From: Actinomycetota bacterium
Lineage (GTDB): Bacteria > Actinomycetota > CADDZG01 > WHSQ01
Assembly (NCBI GenBank): GCA_050693895.1
Contig: JBOGWS010000021.1
Location: forward strand, 24,902-88,901
DNA: 64,000 nt
Reading direction: 5' to 3'
Part shown: piece by piece, positions 59,127 through 64,000 of the stretch
How positions within the stretch are numbered: the stretch's first letter is position 1
Layout: each line of letters begins with the position of its first letter
Translations under genes and position numbers: made by a program
The notes under the pieces: generated by a model
What the model was told of the DNA's origin: nothing
Databases searched by the model: none
What the model saw: the letters and a program-made list of their open reading frames with translations, nothing else

Positions 59127-59626
59127 ATGAGGTCGCGCGTGAGCAGCAGGGCGACCGGCGACAGCGACGCATGGGCGAGAGTCATGGCCTCGGCGGTCTG
59201 GTGAGCCACGGTCTCCTGATCCCTGAGCTCAGAGTGAACGATCCTCAGCGCATCGAGGACGTGGCGAGTGTAGCGACCACCTTCCGTCTGCCACGGATCC
59301 GGTTCGCCGAGATGACCGCGGTCGCTGACCAGCATGAGCAGCGGGATCTTGTAGAGCAGCGCACACGACACGATGCCGTTGATGGACTGAAGGAAGCCGT
59401 GGTTCTGCATGAGCAAAGCAGAGCGAACCCCTGCGAAGTGAGCACCCGTTGAGATCCCGACTCCTTCCTCCTCCTTTGCGAGGCGAACGAGGGTCATCGC
59501 CGGGTCGTCGTCCGCCATCCGAATCAGGTGAACGAGCCAGGTCTCCGGCAGGGCCGAGATCACTTCGACGTCAACAGCTTTGAGCGCGTCGTAGATGACC
59601 TTGGAGCTGGTCTCAGAGACCGGCAA
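59111..59626 (-). CDS. TPP-dependent decarboxylase, alpha subunit (pyrimidine-binding domain)
   Basis: 171 aa. AKEEEGVGISTGAHFAG contains the conserved catalytic Glu region of ComD-like subunits. Overlaps the beta subunit gene by 16 nt. Confidence 0.75.
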   Translation of the reverse strand: MPVSETSSKVIYDALKAVDVEVISALPETWLVHLIRMADDDPAMTLVRLAKEEEGVGISTGAHFAGVRSALLMQNHGFLQSINGIVSCALLYKIPLLMLVSDRGHLGEPDPWQTEGGRYTRHVLDALRIVHSELRDQETVAHQTAEAMTLAHASLSPVALLLTRDLMWEKH

Positions 59627-59733
59627 CCTGACTCCCCTCTTCGGCCCGCCATGCGTGCGCAGCGGGTCTTGACAAGAAACTATGCACCGGGCGTACGGTC
59701 AAGCTCAGTATCCGCCGCGCGAGAACAGGGGGC

Positions 59734-61122
59734 ATGATGCCGCGCACCGATGTCGTCAAGGTGGTTCTTCCGGAGTCCGAGATACCGACGGCCTGGTACA
59801 ACATCCTGCCGGACCTCCCGGGCGAACCTCTCCCTCCGCTACATCCCGGCACGGGCGAGCCCGTGGGCCCGGCCGATCTCGCTCCCCTCTTCCCCGAGGC
59901 GCTCATCCTGCAGGAGGTCTCGAGCGAGCGATGGATCGACATTCCCGGCGAGGTCCTCGACGTCTTCAAGGCATGGCGGCCGTCCCCAATGCACCGCGCC
60001 CACCGGCTCGAGAAAGCACTGGGACTAACAGATGGCAAGCAGCGCATCTACTACAAGTGGGAGGGCGTCTCACCCGGCGGTTCACACAAACCAAACACCG
60101 CAGTGCCGCAGGCCTTCTTCAATAAAGAGGCCGGAACCCGCAAGCTGTCGACCGAGACCGGCGCCGGGCAGTGGGGCTCGTCGCTCGCCTACGCGTGTGC
60201 GCTGTTCGACCTCGAGTGCGAGGTCTTCATGGTCAAGGTCAGCTACGATCAGAAGCCGGGCCGTCGGACCCTCATGGAAACTTGGGGTGCGACGGTTCAC
60301 GCTTCGCCGTCCGACAGGACCGAGTCGGGTCGCAAGATCCTCGCCGATCATCCCGATTCCACGGGATCGCTCGGGATCGCCATCTCCGAGGCCGTCGAGG
60401 TCGCCGTGCAGAGCGACGACACCCACTACTCGTTGGGCAGCGTGCTGAATCACGTCTGCACGCACCAGACGATCATCGGGCTCGAGGCTAAGAAGCAGAT
60501 GGCCGCCTTCGAAGACACGCCGGATGTCGTCGTTGGTTGCGTCGGAGGCGGATCGAACTACGCGGGCCTCTCCTACCCGTACGCCGCAGACGTGCTGGCG
60601 GGTGAAGCCAAGACCAGGTTCCTCGCGGTCGAGCCGGAGGCCTGCCCCACGCTGACGCGCGGCACCTACGCGTACGACTTCGGCGACACCGCGGGCATGA
60701 CGCCGCTGATGCCGATGTACACGCTCGGTCACGATTTCGTCCCGGCTCCCGTCCACGCGGGGGGACTCAGGTACCACGGCGATGCGCCGAGCCTCAGCGG
60801 GCTCGTGAAGGCCGGTCTCTATGAGGCGCGGGCCTATCCCCAGGTTCCCGTGTTCGAGGCCGCGGTCATGTTCGCCCGCACGGAGGGTTGGCTTCCCGGA
60901 CCCGAACCGGCCCACGCACTAAAGGGCGCGATCGACGAGGCCATGGCGGCGCGGGAGGCGGACGAGGAGCGAGTCGTGCTGTTCAACCTCTGCGGTCACG
61001 GCCACTTCGACATCAGCGCCTACGAGGCCTTCCTCGGCGGCAAGCTCGAGGACCTGCAGTTGAGCGAGGAGGACCTGGAGGCCTCGCTGGCGACCCTGCC
61101 CCCGCAACCTGCCACCGCTTAG
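59734..61122 (+). CDS. trpB2: TrpB-like PLP-dependent enzyme (tryptophan synthase beta type 2)
   Basis: [14 protein letters not shown]-terminal extension and [12 protein letters not shown]-lysine motif typical of TrpB2. GGGSNYAG. Confidence 0.85.
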   Translation: MMPRTDVVKVVLPESEIPTAWYNILPDLPGEPLPPLHPGTGEPVGPADLAPLFPEALILQEVSSERWIDIPGEVLDVFKAWRPSPMHRAHRLEKALGLTDGKQRIYYKWEGVSPGGSHKPNTAVPQAFFNKEAGTRKLSTETGAGQWGSSLAYACALFDLECEVFMVKVSYDQKPGRRTLMETWGATVHASPSDRTESGRKILADHPDSTGSLGIAISEAVEVAVQSDDTHYSLGSVLNHVCTHQTIIGLEAKKQMAAFEDTPDVVVGCVGGGSNYAGLSYPYAADVLAGEAKTRFLAVEPEACPTLTRGTYAYDFGDTAGMTPLMPMYTLGHDFVPAPVHAGGLRYHGDAPSLSGLVKAGLYEARAYPQVPVFEAAVMFARTEGWLPGPEPAHALKGAIDEAMAAREADEERVVLFNLCGHGHFDISAYEAFLGGKLEDLQLSEEDLEASLATLPPQPATA

Positions 61123-61185
61123 CGCGGGCCATTCGGCCGAAGCTCGGGCGGTTACCGCGCCCGCCTCGAATATCATGCGGGCTCT

Positions 61186-62421
61186 ATGCCTGAGCTCTCA
61201 CCTTTTCGCGGAATGCGGTTCGCGGACTCCGACCGTCTCAAGGAACTCGTTTGCCCGCCCTACGACGTCATCTCTCCGGCCGAGCAAAAGCGGCTGCACG
61301 AGCGCAACCCCGCTAACGCCGTCCACCTCGAGCTGTCACAGGCCCACGATGACCGAGACGTGCGGAACCGCGAGGTCGCCGAGGTCTGGCGGCGCTGGAT
61401 CGACGAGGGCATCGTCGTCCGGGAGTCGACCGAGTCCTTCTACGTCTACAGACAGGACTTCGTGTCACTGGATGGCCGTCGCTGCAGGGTAGCGGGAGTC
61501 ATCGGAGCGCTGAAACTCGGCGCCTACGGCGAGGCCTCCGGGGTTCTGCCTCACGAGCGGACGATGCCCGGGCCGATCGAGGAACGCCTCTCGTTGATGA
61601 AGGCGCTGCCGGTAAACATCTCTCCGATCTACTCGATCTACCGGGGCGGTGGCCGCCTGACGCCCTATTTGGACGGACTCGAGAATCGACCGACGGCCGC
61701 GCGCTTCGCGGACGAGCACGGCACGCTCCATCGCCTGTGGATCATCTCGGCCCCCGCCGAGCGCGACATGATCTCCGGGGCGCTGAAACCGGGCCCCCTC
61801 GTCATCGCCGACGGACACCATCGCTACGAGACTGCCCTCGCCTACGCGCAATCTCTGGGACGAGGCGGCGATCACGAGTCGGTCATGAGTTTCTGCGTCG
61901 ACGCCGACGACGAGGACCTCGTCGTGTTTCCCTATCACCGTGCACTGAAGACGAGCGTTGACCCTCGTGAGATCGAGCGAAGGATGGCCGAAAGGTGGCC
62001 GGTCAAGCCCATCGACAACGGGACCAGCGGCGCGGCCGCACTGAGCCATTCGAGCGCGGACCACCCCTTCCTCCTGCACTCGAGGGAGGGCGAGACTCTC
62101 GTCGAGGTCGGCGACTCGACCGTGGTCGAGCAGGTCGGCACCCGGGCCAAAGCGTGGAGGGACCTCGATGTCGTTGCGCTTCACGAGGCCGTGCTCCCCC
62201 TGGTTCTCCCCGAGGGCGTAGACGATCTGCGTTTCTCCAAGGACCCCGACGAGATACTCAAGCTGGTTGAGGACGAGGGCTGGACGGCCGGCGTTCTGTT
62301 ACGCGCGTTGCACCCCGCGCAGGTGGTCGAGGTGGCGCGGTCGGGCGAGCGCATGCCGCAGAAGGCGAGCTACTTCTGGCCGAAGGCACTAACCGGACTG
62401 GTCTTCAGAAGCCTTACCTAG
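61186..62421 (+). CDS. DUF1015 domain-containing protein
   Basis: N-terminus PFRGMRF......VCPPYDVIS and IADGHHRYETA are the DUF1015 signatures. Confidence 0.8.
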   Translation: MPELSPFRGMRFADSDRLKELVCPPYDVISPAEQKRLHERNPANAVHLELSQAHDDRDVRNREVAEVWRRWIDEGIVVRESTESFYVYRQDFVSLDGRRCRVAGVIGALKLGAYGEASGVLPHERTMPGPIEERLSLMKALPVNISPIYSIYRGGGRLTPYLDGLENRPTAARFADEHGTLHRLWIISAPAERDMISGALKPGPLVIADGHHRYETALAYAQSLGRGGDHESVMSFCVDADDEDLVVFPYHRALKTSVDPREIERRMAERWPVKPIDNGTSGAAALSHSSADHPFLLHSREGETLVEVGDSTVVEQVGTRAKAWRDLDVVALHEAVLPLVLPEGVDDLRFSKDPDEILKLVEDEGWTAGVLLRALHPAQVVEVARSGERMPQKASYFWPKALTGLVFRSLT

Positions 62422-62966
62422 CGAGGCTCATTGGCAGACTCCGCGCCGGAACCGACCTCGGCGAGCTTGGGTGGCTCGCAGGAACGGCAGGGGCTCAGCC
62501 CCTCGGCGGCCGCCTGCTGCACGGTGATGGTGGCCGCATCATCTTTGCCCTCGAGAATCTTGCAGCCCGGCCGGTGGTACACGGTCACTCCCGCCACGAC
62601 CTGCTCCGCACCCAATCCGGTCGCAGCCCCGTTGGCCGATGCGCTCATCCGGTTGAGGTTGCGACCGAGCAACGTCGCAATCTCGTCGAACTTCTCGTGG
62701 AGCGCCCTGCGCTCGCTCCTGAGCGTGGTCAGAAAGATGAGCGTGCATCCCGTGACCACGAGCGCGAGACCCATGAAGCCACCCGACAGGAGATAGGGAA
62801 TCTGTCCCTGCACGAAGTTGATGCTCGCGGCGCCGTCCCATGCCTTGCCGATGAAGGCGAACCCCAGAGCGATGAACAGCAGGCCGAGGATCTTCCCGCT
62901 GCGCGCGCGACGATCGGCGTCGTCGCGAATCGACCTCAGCAATGCGAACAACCTCTTCACGGGCAT
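62418..62966 (-). CDS. membrane protein with C-terminal Cys-rich (Ada-like Zn?) domain
   Basis: Two TM helices (ILGLLFIALGFAFIG, YLLSGGFMGLALVVTGCTLIFL), then VYHRPGCKIL...LSPCRSCEP. ATG at 62966. Track extension rejected. Confidence 0.55.
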   Translation of the reverse strand: MPVKRLFALLRSIRDDADRRARSGKILGLLFIALGFAFIGKAWDGAASINFVQGQIPYLLSGGFMGLALVVTGCTLIFLTTLRSERRALHEKFDEIATLLGRNLNRMSASANGAATGLGAEQVVAGVTVYHRPGCKILEGKDDAATITVQQAAAEGLSPCRSCEPPKLAEVGSGAESANEPR

Positions 62967-63086
62967 CCTCCGGTCGCCGCCCAGCTCACTGGGAGAAATC
63001 ACCTCTGAGTGCAGGATTTGACGTTTGGGGGTGGAAGTCCTTGCTCTGAGCCCTCGAAAACCGGCGGACACTCGAGTGGAGGACAG

Positions 63087-64000
63087 GTGAGAGGCAGGTT
63101 CCTGGCCGTAGGAGCGCTGATCGCGCTCGTTGTTGCTTTTGCCCCTTCGGTTCCGGCAGTTGCGGATGTCGAGGAACCTTTGGTCACCACATACGCGTGG
63201 TATTGGGAACCTCAGACGCAGCGCAGCGTCACCGACCCCACCTCGGGGGCCGACGTGATAACGGCCGGACCGGGTAACGCTCACTTCTGCCCCGGAGTCG
63301 AGGGCGTCGCCAATCCCGAACAAGCCTGCAAGCCCGGACGCTTGCCGGTAGAGGTCGCGGGAGGCGACTATGAGACCCCCGACAAGATCTCGGCGACCGC
63401 GTTCGATCTCTCGATCGCACCGATGGGGTCCCAGGTCAACCGATTCACGGTGACCTACCTGGAGGCGAACGACGAGCAGTCACAGCCTTACAACGCCGAG
63501 GGCAAGAGGCTCCAGGCTTGTCTGATCAACAAGATCTTCGGCGGAGGCGAGGCTCGGCAGTACAAGGAGGCACCCAAGTACACGTGCCCCAAGGAGCCGA
63601 TCCTCGGCACTCGCTCGAAGGTCAAGCGCGCAGGCAGCACCCCGACGGAAGAGCGATTCCAATGGGTCTTCGACCTGACGACTCCCGCCCAGAAGTGGGT
63701 CAAGGAGGGCTCCTTCGCGACGGGGATCATGCTTCTCCCGCTCGAGCCCAAGAACCCCGGACCCGGTGATGCCAACTGGCGCATCGTTCTCCAGGGCTCA
63801 GAGGACCTCAAGGGGGTCCAGACCAGGCTCGACTTCGTTCCGGCCAAGCTCCCAAACCCCCTCGGTGGAATCGGCAGTGGTAAGGGTTCGGGCGGAGACG
63901 TCGGGTCCGCCGGTGCCGACCTCGGTGGAGGCGATCTCGGATCGACCTCGGCCGGCGTGAGCGACTCGACCGCTCCAGAGGTGACCGCGTCCGAGGCCGA
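63087..64000 (+). CDS. secreted hypothetical protein, 3' end outside window
   Basis: Not in the ORF track because no stop is reached. My translation from the GTG at 63087 (GGAGGA SD) is open to 64000. Signal-peptide-like RGRFLAVGALIALVVAFAPSVPAVA, four Cys, Gly-rich tail GGIGSGKGSGGDVGSAGADLGGGDLG. Confidence 0.6.
   Translation, partial: MRGRFLAVGALIALVVAFAPSVPAVADVEEPLVTTYAWYWEPQTQRSVTDPTSGADVITAGPGNAHFCPGVEGVANPEQACKPGRLPVEVAGGDYETPDKISATAFDLSIAPMGSQVNRFTVTYLEANDEQSQPYNAEGKRLQACLINKIFGGGEARQYKEAPKYTCPKEPILGTRSKVKRAGSTPTEERFQWVFDLTTPAQKWVKEGSFATGIMLLPLEPKNPGPGDANWRIVLQGSEDLKGVQTRLDFVPAKLPNPLGGIGSGKGSGGDVGSAGADLGGGDLGSTSAGVSDSTAPEVTASEA

Overview
64-kb high-GC, actinobacterial-type core chromosome segment. 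It holds about 67 protein genes, mostly on the minus strand, and one tRNA-Pro(GGG). I saw no rRNA, CRISPR array, transposase, phage gene or mobile-element integrase. Gene order matches two conserved actinobacterial blocks that I recall from Mycobacterium tuberculosis. Block 1 is gcvH / FHA (GarA-like) / MerR / DUF151 nuclease / MerR / gcv genes (Rv1826-Rv1832). Block 2 is HAD phosphatase / tlyA / nadK / recN / steA / mctB-like / pyrG / xerD / parA-like / scpA / scpB / rluB / cmk / der (Rv1692-Rv1713). Interleaved with these are aroA-tyrA-aroH, trpS, deoB, ald and a 4-gene envelope-glycan locus. A plus-strand aryl/acyl-CoA catabolic island follows (46.5-56.1 kb), then pgi, a split-TPP-decarboxylase/cyclase operon, trpB2 and DUF1015. 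Many track ORFs are over-extended at the N-terminus or are antisense shadow ORFs typical of high-GC DNA; I trimmed starts where an in-frame start codon, an SD-like sequence or an NTGA stop/start overlap supported it. The main non-standard signals are: (1) a recurrent palindromic motif (core TTGTCGACAA) found only in AT-rich islands between operons; (2) a 0.77-kb ORF-free, repeat-bearing and structured region next to a ParA-like ATPase and a small possible ribbon-helix-helix protein; (3) a small nuclease-fold-like ORF with no canonical start at the head of the gcvT-PA-PB operon, which has no recognisable glycine riboswitch; (4) tandem repeats and uORFs in the pyrG leader; (5) a candidate anthraniloyl/salicylyl-CoA-type hybrid degradation cluster. 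No database search or RNA covariance model was available, so all functional calls rest on motif recognition and remembered synteny.
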